Positions 39,034 to 51,131 of a stretch of DNA of 64,000 nucleotides are shown piece after piece. The position numbers were made by a program, and so were the translations under genes. A model generated the notes under the pieces. The model had not been told where the DNA came from, ran no database searches, and was given only the letters and a program-made list of their open reading frames with translations. Numbering within the stretch: position 1 is the stretch's first letter; each line of letters opens with the position of its first letter. The stretch is from Mobula hypostoma (lineage: Eukaryota). The stretch lies in assembly GCF_963921235.1 (NCBI RefSeq), contig NC_086097.1, positions 18,726,001 through 18,790,000 on the forward strand, written 5' to 3'.

Positions 39034-41740
39034 AATCATCCTCTCCACATCCACTCTATCAAGGCCTTTCATCATTCAATAGGCTTCAACGAGGTCATTC
39101 CCTCATACTTCTGAGTTCTAGTGAATACAGGGCCTGAGCTGTCAAATGCTCTTTATATAACAAGACTTTCAATCCTGGAATCATTTTCGCAAACCTCCTT
39201 TGAAGCCTCTCCAATTTCAGCACATCCTTTCTAAGATAAGGGGCTCAAAATGGCTCACAATGCTCCAAGTGAGTCCTCTTGAAATGAATACTAACATTGC
39301 ATTTGCCTTCCTCACCACAGACTCAACCTGCAAATAAACCTTTAGGGAATTCTGCACAAAGACTCCCTTCTCCCCTTGTGCCACAGTTTTTTTTTTGTAT
39401 TTTCTCTCCACTTAGAAAATAGTTAGCCCTTTAATTTCTTCTACCAAAGTACATGAACATACACTTCCAGACACTGTATTCCATCTGCCACTTCTTTGCT
39501 CATTCTTCTAATCTGACAAAGTCCTTCTATAGCCTCTCTCCTTCCTCAAAACTACCTTCCTCACCACATATTTTATATCATCCATAAACTTGGCCACAGC
39601 GTCATTAATTCCTTTTTCCAAATCATTGACATATAATGTAAAAGGAGCAATCCTAACATTGACCCCTGCAGCATACCACTAGTCACAGGCAGCCAACCAG
39701 AAAAGACCACTTTTATTCCCATTCTTTGCCTCCTACCAGCCAGCCAATCTTCTGTCCATGCTAGTATCTTTCCTGCAATACTATCAGCTCTTATCTTGTT
39801 AAACAACCTCTTGTGTGGCACCATGTCAAAGGCCTTCCAAAGATACAAATAAGCAACATCCACTGGCTCTCTTTTGTCTATCCTGCCTGTTATTTCCACA
39901 AGGAATTCCAAAAGATTTGTCAAGCAAAATTACCCTTTTAGAAAGCCATGCTGAATTTGGCCTATTTTATCATGTGGCCCCCCCAAAACCTCAAACTTAG
40001 TAATAGACCCCCAAAACTTCAAACTTGTAATAGATCAGAACCTCTTTCCAATCACTGACCCCAGGCTAACTGGCAAATAATTTCCTATCTTTTGCCGCCC
40101 TCCCTTCTTAAAGAGTGGAGTGAATTTTTTGAGCATGTGACTAAACACATTGATGAAGGTAGAGCGGTAGATGCAGTGCATATGGATTTCAGCAAGGCAT
40201 TTGATAAGGTACCCCATGCAAAGCTTATTGAGAAAGTAAGGAGGCATGGGATCCAAGGGGACATTGCTTTGTGGATCCAGAACTGGCTTGCCCACAGAAG
40301 GCAAAGAGTGGCTGTAGACGGTTCATATTCTGCATGTCGGTGACCAGTGGAGTGCCTCAAGGATCTGTTCTGGAACCCCTACTCTTTGTGATTTTTATAA
40401 ATGACCTGGATGAGGAAGTGGAGGGATGGGTTAGTATATTTGCTTATGACACAAAGGTTGGTGGTGTTGTGGATAGTGTGGAGGGCGGTCAGAGGTTACA
40501 GCGGGACATTGATAGGATACAAAACTGGGCTGAGAAATGGCAGATGGAGTTCAACCCAGATAAGTGTGAGGTAGTTCATTTTGTAGGTCAAATATGATGG
40601 CAGAATATAGTTTTAATGGTAAGTCTCTTGGCAGTGTGGAGGATCAGAGGGATCTTGGGGTCTGAGTCCATAGGACACTCAATGCTGCTATGCAGGTTGA
40701 CTCTGTGGTTAAGAAGGCATATGGTGCATTGGCCTTTATCATCCGTGGGATTGAGTTTAAGAGATGAGAGGTAATGTTGCAGCTATATAGGACCCTGGTC
40801 AGACCCCACTTGGAGTACTGTGCTCAATTCTGGTCACCTCACTACAGGAAGGACGTGGAAACCATAGAAAAGGTGCAGAGGAGACTTACAAGGATGTTGC
40901 CTGGATTGGGAAGCATGCCTTATGAGAACAGGTTGAGCGAACTCGGCCTTTTCTCCTTGGAGCGATGGAGGATGAGAGGTGACCTGACAGAGGTGTACAA
41001 GATAATGAGAGGAATTGATTGTGTGGAGAGTCGGAGGCTTTTTCCCAGGGTTGAAATTGCTAGCATGAGAGGTCACAGTTTTAAGGTGCTTGGAAGTTGG
41101 TATAGAGGAGATATCAGGGGTAAGTTTTTTGCGCAGAGAGTGGTGAGTGCGTGGAATGGGCTGCCAGCGGCAGTGGTGGAGGCGGAAACGATAGGGTCTT
41201 TTAAGAGACTCCTGGATAGGTACATGGAGCTTAGAAAAATAGAGGGTTATGGGTAAGCCTAGGTAGTTCTAAGGTGAGGACAGGTTTGGCACAGCTTTGT
41301 GGGCCGAAGGGCCGGTATTGTGCTGTAGGTTTTCTATGTTCCTATGATTCTATGAATGACATTTGCAATTTTCTAGTCCTCTAGAATCATTCCAAATTCT
41401 AGAGATTCTTGAAAGATCATTATTAATGCCTCCACAATCTCTTCAGCTACCTCTTTCAGACCTGGGGTATAGTCCATCTGGTCCAGATGACTTCAGACCT
41501 TTCAGCTTCCCAAGAACCTTCTCCTTATAGTAACAGATAGAAAACTAATTTCTGTCCCCCTGACATGCTTACATTTCTGGCATTCTGCTACTTTTTTCCT
41601 CAGTGAAGTCTGATGGTAAATACTTCTGAAGTTCGTCTGCCATTTCTTCGTCCCTAACTACTGTCTCTCCAGTGCTATTTTCCTACAGTCCAACATCTAT
41701 TCTCATCTCTCTTTTACTCTTTAAATCTGAAAAAAAAAAA
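39034..41740 (-). mobile_element. old CR1 ORF2 (RT) interrupted by a younger plus-strand CR1
   Basis: TNLLEF...AFDMVPH (ORF 39573-39923). The sequence GAGTGA|CATTTGCAATTTT is split at ~40123 / ~41360 and is contiguous in the copy near 52465. Confidence 0.8.
40124..41355 (+). mobile_element. 5'-truncated CR1 (RT to 3' tail)
   Basis: DFSKAFDKVPH, SGVPQGSVL and LVRPHLEYCAQFW (ORFs 40092-41256). (TTCTATG)-like tail at ~41332-41354. Confidence 0.92.
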
Positions 41741-42249
41741 CTTTTTTTTATATCCTGGCTATAGTATTCTGTTCCATCACTAGTTTAGCCTCTGGCCAAA
41801 ATATTCCAGTATAATTACAACAGTGCATCCACCTGACAATGTGGAATGATGCCCAGATATATCCTGTTCATAGGACAAATCCTATTTGGTCAATTACTGC
41901 TTAGTCTACTCTCAAGCAGCAGTAAGTGATTGCAGGTATTGTCAACAGTGCACTCCAGTGGTATCTTATTCCCTTTATATCCACCATCTGTTCTTCAGGT
42001 CACAGGGTTTCTGCTGGTGCCTGCAGAGCTGTCTTCCCCCCCCCCCCCCCTAGAAACATGGTGGAGCTTCTAATCCAAGAACACCTTCTGTTTGTGGTTA
42101 ATTAGTCAGGGATCTTATAGTCCTTCTAATTAAAGCAGCATTGGTGTGTTCTAATAGCGAAGCCAGGAGTCTCTTTAAAAATGTTAATTATGGTACACTT
42201 CAGGACAGTCCATGGAGTGCAGGCTTCCAGTACTTAGAGATCATTAGCC

Positions 42250-42880
42250 TGATTATGAGATGCTGCCCGAGAAGAGCTTTTTCTCAGACAATTTGAGAGT
42301 TTCAACGTAGATTTTCTTGAGGCAAATATTTGATGTTTTGGAGCCAGATTGATGGAGAGGAGAATAGATAATTATGCTCAGCCCAACAGATATTGCATCG
42401 AAGTTGCCCAGGAGAACCAGTTTTGCTTTCTCAGGAACACCAGCCAACTATTTTTAAAATTCCCCTTGAGCTCGTCCACAGCTCCCGAGAATATGCTAAT
42501 GAGTGTGGTGTTGGTGATGTGGAGATCCTCAGAGCCTCTTTCTCAGGCCATGCCATAAACCATATGTGCCCATGCTTGGATTGCGATGATGCAGACAATT
42601 CTTTTTGTTTTATCTCTGACCATACAAGGCAATCAATGGTTGTGACAAAGCTGTGTTCTAGGCATCTCATCAGGAGGACTTTACTTTGTCTACAGCCTCC
42701 TTGCCAATCCCATCTTTCCTTCCTGACCTTGGCATTGAGGTTGCCTGGGAGAACCAGTTTTGCTTTCTCTGGGACACTGGCCAGCTATTTTTAAAAACGA
42801 GCAGGATTCCCCATGGGCTCGTCCACAGCTCCAGAGAATATGCTCATGACTGTGGCATGTTGATCCCACTTTAAAGTGAA
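42250..42880 (-). mobile_element. RTE-like LINE remnant containing a duplicated APE endonuclease segment
   Basis: AGVPEKAKLVLLGNFDA (ORF 42253-42447) resembles the APE xxGDFNA motif. A ~110-120-bp direct repeat lies at ~42400-42510 / ~42737-42858. Confidence 0.5.
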
Positions 42881-43587
42881 CTAGTACTGAGATGCTTACG
42901 TATTCCACAGGGAGGTCTGCTGAGAGGCCAAATTAGTCCATTCATCACAGCAAAGCCTAGACCCATAAGAGTACATTCCTTTTCATAAAACATAGTATGG
43001 GCATTTCAGCCCACAATGTTGTGCTGACCTACATACCCACCTTACAACCAATCTAACCCTTCCCTTTTACATAGCCCATAACCCTCCACAGTTCTTACAT
43101 CCATTTAAGAGTCTGTTAAATACCCCTGTGGTATCAGACTACCACCCCTGGCAGAGTGTTCGAGGCACGCACCACTCTGAGTAAAACAACCTACCTTTGA
43201 CATGTCCCCTAAACTCTCATCCGCTTACCTTAAATGAGTGTCCTCTGATATTGTCCATTGTGGCCCTGGGATAAAAGCACTGGCTATTCACTCTATCTAT
43301 GCCTCATATTGTCTTATACACCTCTATCGAGTTGCCTCTTATCCTTCTTCTTTCCAAAGAGAAAAAACCGAACGCATTCAATATTTCCTTCAAAACACGT
43401 TCTCTAATCTTGGTGGCATTCTGGTAAATGACCTCTGCACCCTTTCTAAAGCTTCTACATCCTTCTTACAATAGTGCAACCAGAACTGAAGGCAAATTAC
43501 ATGAGTTTCATAGAGCTCTGGCTAAATAAATTTGTCTTCATATCTGTTCTAAAGTGACACCCTTGTATTCTGAGGCTGTGCCCTTTG

Positions 43588-45224
43588 AACATAGAACATA
43601 GAATAGTACAGCACAGTACAGGCCTTTCGGCCCACAATGTTGTGCCGACCCTCAAACCCTGCCTCCCATATAAGCCCCCAACTTAAATTCCTCCATATAC
43701 CTGTCTAGTAGTCTCTTAAATTTCACTAGTGTATCTGCCTTCACCACTGACTAAGGCAGTGCATTCCACGCACCAACCACTCTCTGAGTAAAAAACCTTC
43801 CTCTAATATCCCCCTTGAACTTCCCACCCTTTACGTTAAAGCCATGTCCTCTTGTATTGAGCAGTGGTGCCCTGGCAAAAAGGCACTGGCTATCCACTCT
43901 ATCTATTCCTCTTATTATCTTGCACACCTCTATCATGTCTCCTCTCATCCTCCTTCACTCCAAAGAGTAAAGCCCTAGCTCCCTTAATCTCTGATCATAA
44001 TGCATACTCTCTAAACTAGGCAGCATCTTGGTAAATCTCCTCTGTACCCTTTCCAATGTTTCCACATCCTTCCTATAGTGAGGCGACCAGAACTGGGCAC
44101 AGTACTCCAAGTGTGACCTCACCAGAGTTTTATAGAGCTGCATCATTACATCGCGACTCTTAAACTCTATCCCTCGACTTATGAAAGCTAACACCCCATA
44201 AGCTTTCTTAACTACCCTATCCACCTGTGAGGCAACTTTCAGGGATCTGTGGACATGCACCCCCAGATCCCTCTGCTCCTCCACACTACCAAGTATCCTG
44301 CCATTTACTTTGTATTCTGCCTTGGAGTTTGTCCTTCCAAAGTGTACCACCTCACACTTCTCTGGGTTGAACTCCATCTGCCACTTCTCAGCCCACTTCT
44401 GCATCCTATCAATGTTTCTCTGCAATCTTTGACAATCCTCTACACTATCTACAACACCACCAACCATTGTGTCATCTGCAAACTTGCCAACCCACTCATC
44501 CAGGTCGATAATACAAATCATGAAAATTAGAGGTCCCAGAACAGATCCTTGTGGGACACCACTAGTCACAATCCTCCAATCTGAATGTACTCCCTCCACC
44601 ACCACCCTCTGCCTTCTGCAGGCAAGCCAATTCTGAATCCACCTGGCCAAACTTCCCTGGATCCCATGCCTTCTGACTTTCTGAATAAGCCTACCGTGTG
44701 GAATCTTGTCAAATGCCTTACTAAAATCTATGTAGATCACATCTACTGCACTACCCTCATCTATATACCTGGTCACCTCCTCAAAGAACTCTATCAGGCT
44801 TGTTAGACACGATCTTCCCTTCACAAAGCCATGCTGACTGTCCCTGATCAGACCATGATTCTCTAAATGCCCAGAGATCCTATCTCTAAGAATCTTTTCC
44901 AACAGCTTGCCCACTACAGACGTAAGGCTCACTGGTCTATGATTACCTGGACTATCCCTACTACCTTTTTTGAACAAGGGGACAACATTCGCCTCCCTCC
45001 AATCCTCGGGTACCATTCCCGTGGACAATGAGGACACAAAGATCCTAGCCAGAGGCTCAGCAATCTTCTTCCTCGCCTCGTGGAGCAGCCTGGGAATATT
45101 CCGTCAGGCCCCGGGGACTTATCCGTCCTAATGTATTTTAACAACTCCAACACCTCCTCTCCCTTAATATCAGCATGCTCCAGAACATCAACCTCACTCA
45201 TATTGTCCTCACCATCATCAAGTT
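43588..45224 (-). mobile_element. 5'-truncated CR1 (RT to tail), relatively young
   Basis: 360-aa ORF 43955-45037 with RT motifs (DFSKAFD, GVPQGSVLGP, KFADDT), a (TTCTATG)n tail and a 7-bp TSD CCCTTTG (43581-43587 / 45225-45231). Confidence 0.93.
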
Positions 45225-45252
45225 CCCTTTGGCCCTAGACTGCCCCACTATA

Positions 45253-46398
45253 ATGTCTTTACATATCTGGAGAAGGGGATGCTTATGTGAAAATGCTGTT
45301 CTTGGACTACAGTTCAGAATTCAACACCATTCTTCTCTCCAGGCTTGACAAGAAGCTCAAAGATCTCGGCCTTCGCCCTGCCTTGTGTAGCTGGATCCTG
45401 GATTTCCTGTCAGATCGCCATCAGGTGTTGAGTGGGCTCCCTCACCTCTGCTCCTCTGACCCTCAACATAGGTGCCCCTCAGGGCTGTGTACTAAGCCCC
45501 CTCCTTTACTCTCTGTATACCCATGACAGTGTCACCACCACAGCTCCAATCTGCTAATCAAATTTGCTGATGACACTACACTGATTGGCCCAATCTCAAA
45601 TAATAATGAGGCAGCCTACAGAAAAGAAGTTACTACCCTGACACAGTGGTGTCAAGAAAACAACCTCTCCCTCAATGTCACAAAAACAAAGGAGCTGGTT
45701 GTGGACTACAGGAGGATTAGAGACAGGCTAACTCCTATTGACATCAATGGATCTGAGGTTGAGAGGGTGAACAGCTTTAAGTTCCTCGGCATAAACATCA
45801 CCGAGGATCTCACGTGGTCTGTACATACCGGCTGTGTGGTGAAAAAGGCACAACAGCGCCTCTTTCACCTCAGACAATGGAAGAGGTTTGGCGTGGGCCC
45901 CCAAATCCTAAGGAATTTCTACAGGGACACAATTGAGAGCATCCTGACTGGCTGCATCACTGCCTGGTAAGGGAATTGTACTTCCCTCAATTGCAGGACT
46001 CTGCAGAGAGTGGTATAGACAGCCCAGCGCATCTGTAGATGTGAACTTCCCACTATTCAGGACATTTACAAAGACTGGTATGTAAAAAGGGCCCAAGGAT
46101 CATTGGGGACCGGAGTCACTCCAGCCACAAACTATTCCAGCTGCTACAATCCGGGAAACGGTACCGCAGCATAAAAGCCAGGACCAACAGGCTCCAGGAC
46201 AGCTTCTTCCACCAGGCCATCAGACTGATTAATTCATGCTGACACAACTGTATTTCTGTGTTATATTGACTATCTTGTTGTACATAATATTTATTATAAA
46301 TTACTATAAATTGCACATTGCATATTTAGGCAGAGACATAACATAAAGATTTTTACTCCTCATGTGTATGAAGGATGTAAGTAATAAAGTCAATTCAA
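45253..46398 (+). mobile_element. Rex1/Babar-type LINE, 5' truncated
   Basis: MLFLDYSSEFNTI, KFADDT, FKFLGINITEDLTWS, KKAQQRLFHLR and IESILTGCITAW motifs, with AATAAA at the 3' end. Confidence 0.9.
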
Positions 46399-47665
46399 TA
46401 TAGGAAACATCCTCTTCCCATCCACTCTATATAGGCTTTTCAATATTTGATAGGTTTTAATGAACCCTCCCGCCCCGTTCTTCTAAACTCCAGGCAGTAC
46501 AGGCCGAGAACAATCAAAAGCTCTTCATAAGTTAGCACTTTTATTTCCCAGGATCAATCTCATGAATCTTCTCCGGCCCCCTCCAATGCCATCACAGCCT
46601 TTCTTAGATAAGCAGCTCGAAACTGCTCATCATACTTTAGCTGCTATCTGACCAGCATTACATCCTTGCTCTTCAATTCTAGTCCTCGAAATGAATGCTA
46701 ATATTACATTTGCTTTCCTTTCTACTGACTCAACCTGCAAGTTAACCTTTGGGGAATCTTGTCCATCTCTTACTCATTGCATTGAAAGAATCTCAAAATA
46801 AGTGACAGGGCTACAGGAGTGAAATGTCCTGATGTTTATGTCAAAGGTGCAATTCCCCGTGTGTTACCTAATGTGGGATGACCATTCCTTACAGACTTAA
46901 TAGGGCAAGGTCTTGATACAGTGGTACAGGAATCCAAGATGTCTGGAATCTAGGCTCTGTTATAGGGCATGAATCACAGAGGTGGCCATGCATGTCAGTA
47001 CCTATTGGCACAAACAGACAGCCACACACAAAATCAAATGCTTCCACTCACTCAACCCTTCTTCTCCATCCTTCCTGTCTCTCTCTTCACTCCTTCAGCG
47101 TCCTTCCTGACTCTGAAATTCATCCAACCTTTCTTCACCCCATCCTCTCATTTGCACCCTGCCACTCAATCCCCTTCTTCCTTCCCTGCTTTAGACAACC
47201 TCAACTCTCTTTCCTCTGATTAGCTGCTTCACCTCTGTTCCCTCACCTTCCCTTCACTCTGCACCCTCTATCCCTGACCAGAGGTTGTACAGTGTGACCA
47301 ACATTTGGTTGATAGCTACTTTGTGGGCAGATTTTTCAGTACTGTCAAGGTTACCTTACCTTCGGCCTAAACACCCAAGGCCCCACTAATGAATCCAAAC
47401 CCTGAAGAAACATTATGTAACACAGAGAGACAATCAGTATCCAATCGAAGGCAAGATTCAAAGACCTCTTCAAAATGGATAGTATACCATAGAAGCCTAT
47501 CTAATCAAGCCTTGTTGCAAATCTGGACCAAAAGGAACTTGAAAAAGCCAAGTGCAACTAATAAACAATAAAGCAACAACCCGATGATCCAAAATATAAC
47601 AGTAAAGAGCTTGAGTCACAAATTCATCTCCAATGTCTCAGTAGAAAAGGAGAGGCCCAATAGTG

Positions 47666-47766
47666 GCCCACCTGTCCTGACGAAGGGTCTCGGCCTGAAA
47701 AGTTGACTGTAGCTCTTCCTAGAGATGCTGCCTGGCCTGCTGCGTTCACCAGCAACTTCAACGTGT
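47666..47766 (+). mobile_element. short PLE terminal-repeat insertion (degenerate hammerhead)
   Basis: GTCCTGACGAAGGGTCTCGGCCTGAAAAGTTGAC, flanked by GAGGCCCAAT(A/T)GTG at 47652-47665 / 47767-47780. Confidence 0.75.
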
Positions 47767-48818
47767 GAGGCCCAATTGTGACTGCCTTCCAAAAAAGAGG
47801 ACAGCTTTGGTAATTACAGAGGAATCCCCCTGTTATGGTTCCTCCTCAAATGCCTCTTCCCAGCGTCTGAAGAGCTGCTCCTTGACTTACGTTGCAGATT
47901 CTGTCCATCTTGAAGCACGTCAGGCGTGATCTCTACCGTCTGACGCCTTTGAGAGAAGAGGAGGAAGCAGCCGTAGCTATGCAGTCATTCAAATTCAGAT
48001 TCAACTTTAATTATCATTCAACCACACGTGAATACAGTCGAACGAAACACCATTCCTCTGGGGCAAATGTGCAAAACATACACAGCAGAAGGCACACAGC
48101 ACATTCATGCTAGCGAGCACACATACAGTCACGCAAAAAATATACATACAGTATAGCTCAAGTCGCTGAGGGACGTACCCCGCTTATAGATGGTGCAGTT
48201 CTTGAAACGTTGACTGTTCACTCCTTTCCAAAGATGCTGCCTGACCTGCTGAGTTCCTCCAGCATTTTCTGTGTGTTGCATTGGGCTCCAGGACATTTTT
48301 TAGTTCCTGGGGGGGGGGAATCTGTCTTAAACACAATAGTGTAGTTAGGTTTCAGTTTTAGGCTATTAAGTCCAAAATGTTTATTTCCAGAAGATACTGC
48401 AAAAGCTAAATGATTGGTATATTAGAACTTGCCCTCAATGATCTGTGAAACTGACAACAACTTGTTGACAGAAAGCGTGAGAACACTGGTGATGTAGCAT
48501 TTACCTAACAGGCTTTAGTTTATGCAGCTTTCTCCACTGGAATCAAGGGAAATCACTCAAACTGAAGTGAATTTAAGCTGCTTACAAAGTACTCTCAACT
48601 AAAATACCATGAAAATCTTATACTTTGTTGTGTGAGGACTAAGTAGGCTTTAATAGCATATTAAGCCATTCTCCTGCTTAACCAATCTTATGCCCTTAAA
48701 GACCTGGCGTGATGAATGTTCATTACAATTTCCTCATGAATATTAAAATTTAATTTATTTTGAAATATTTTTGAAGTGTATTTATCCATGTACAGAGAGA
48801 GAGCCAGAATTAGAGCAT

Positions 48819-49430
48819 ATACTCAGTGGCCACTTTATTGGGTACACCTGCTCATCAGTGCAATTATCTAATCAGCCAATCATATGCCAGCATCTCAAGG
48901 GATAAAAACACGTAGACATGGTCAAGGGTTCATTAGCTATTCAGCCCAAACATCAGACAGGGGGAAGAAATGTGATCTAAGTGATTTTGACCATGGAATG
49001 GTTGTTGATACCATATGGGGCGGTTTGAGTATCTCAGAAACTACTGATCTGCTGGGATTTTCACCCACAACGGTCTACCGAGAATGGTGCAGTAAATGAA
49101 AGACATACAGTGAGTAACACACACAAAAAAATGCTGGTGAACGCAGCAGACCAGGCAGCATCTGTAGGAAGAGGTACAATCGACGTTTTGGGCAGAGACC
49201 CTTCGTCAGGACCAGGACCTTTGTTGCTTGAATTTCCAGCATCTGCAGATTTCCTCGTGTTGACATACAGTGAGTGGCAGTTCTGTGGACAAAAGCACCC
49301 TCTTAATGAGTGAAGTTGGAAGAGAATGACTAGACTGGTACAAGCTGACAGGCAGGTGGCAGAAACCCAAATAACCACACATTACAACAGTTATGAGCGG
49401 AAGAGCATCCGGAATGCACCACATACCAAA
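48819..49430 (+). mobile_element. Tc1-family non-autonomous element carrying a PLE-end insertion (49116-49261)
   Basis: TA-flanked CTCAGTGGCCACTTTATT terminus and KKCDLSDFDHGMVV...GLSISETTDLLGFSPTTVYREW. The insertion has a 14-bp TSD GACATACAGTGAGT (49102-49115 / 49262-49275). Confidence 0.8.
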
Positions 49431-50500
49431 CACTAAGTGTAATATTATCATTAGAAATTGTACTTTTTCTTCCTGGCATGGGACCAGGATGTTTGCTTGT
49501 TCAGCCAGCATCCTGCTGATTCTCTTTGAACTAAAACCTGACATTAGTAGTTGCTGGAGGGAGGGATATTAAAATCATGAGGGTTACTTGATTTTAATAG
49601 GAAGTTTTTTTTGAATATTAGTGAATTTACTTCACTGCTGTGAATCCCAGGTTAATTTTTCACTCAGAAGACACCAGGTGGCCGTTCTCTGCAGATCCTC
49701 TACCAGTGTTCAGCATCAGGAAAGAACTCGTGCTGAATTAATCCACTCAAAATATCTGTGAGGTTTCTTTATTCTGAGCTGGTACAATACACACACTTAA
49801 TGCTTATTCACACACTAAACAGAGGAGATCTCCACCCTTGAAGAGTACACGTCAGAAAATGTGAATTCTCTAATTGCTAGTTGAAAGGCAAACATAACAT
49901 GACCACAAATGTCCAACAACTCCACTCAGAAAGAAGGAGAAGGATTTAGGGAGTGAATTCTGTGCATAGTAAGTCTCTTGCAGTTAAATGTAATGTTGAA
50001 ATTTCAGCCTTGCAGAGTGAGACCACTCGTGCCATCTGGCAAATGGCAGCCCTTTGAAAGAACTACTCTGTTCTTTCTCACAACTCTACAAATACCTCTT
50101 TTCCAAGCTTATCGTTGACTTCTTTAATCTGCTTCCGAACTAATTCTATCCAGTCCAGGGTTTAGACTCAACCAGCTCCATCATGGGCCCAACCTTCCCA
50201 TCATTGAGGACAATGGTGCATCATTAAGCATCCTCACCATCTGGGACTTGGCCGCTTCTCATTATGAACTTTGGGAAGGATGTAGAGGAATCTAAAGACC
50301 CACACTCAACATTTTTAGAAGCAGCTTCTTCCCTTTCACGATTAGAGTTCTGGATGGTCCTTGAACCCATGAAGACCACCTCACTAGTTCTCTTTTGCAC
50401 TATTTATGTATATATTTATTATTGTAACTTATAGTGATCTTTTATATCCTACACTGTACTGCTGCCACAAAACAACACACCTCACAATGTCAGTGATAAG

Positions 50501-51105
50501 ATCTCCCAGTGGCCACACATTTTAATTCCACATCCCATTCCCATTCTGACATGTCTATCCACGGCCTCCTCTACTGTAAAGATGAAGCCACACTCAGGTT
50601 GGAGGAACAACACCTTATATTCCGTCTGGGTAGCCTCCAACCTGATGGCATGAACATTGACTTCTCTAACTTCCGCTAGGCCCCACCTCCCCCTCGTACC
50701 CCATCTGTTACTCTTTTTAATGCACACATTCTTTCTCTCACTCTCCTTTTTCTCCCTCTGTCCCTCTGAATATACCTCTTGCCCATCCTCTGGGTCACCC
50801 CCCCCCGTCTTTCTTCCCGAACCTCCTGTCCCATGATCCTCTCGTATCCCCTTCTGCCTATCACCTGTCCAGCTCTCGGCTCCATCCCTCCCACTCCTGT
50901 CTTCTCCTATCATTTTGCATCTCCCCCTCCCCCTCCAGCTTTCAAATCCCTTACTCACTCTTCCTTCAGTTAGTCCTGACGAAGGGTCTCGGCCTGAAAC
51001 GTCGACTGCGCCTCTTCCTATAGATGCTGCTTGGCCTGCTGCATTCACCAGCAACTTTGATGTATGTTGCTTGAATTTCCAGCATCTGCAGAATTCCTGT
51101 TGTTT
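50501..51105 (+). mobile_element. young Penelope-like 3' end (GIY-YIG C-terminus + terminal repeat)
   Basis: DLPVATHFNS...RLEEQHLIFRLGSLQPDGMNIDFSNFR* followed by the terminal repeat. The last 133 bp differ from 60401-60533 at one position. Confidence 0.9.
50972..51007 (+). ncRNA. minimal type I hammerhead ribozyme (PLE-associated)
   Basis: AGTC-CTGACGA-[AGGGTCTCGGCCT]-GAAAC-GTC-GACT: conserved core boxes, stem I AGTC/GACT, short stem II, palindromic ACGT stem III and a GUC cleavage triplet. Confidence 0.82.
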
Positions 51106-51131
51106 GTATAAGTCTGATTCTGATTGTTTTA

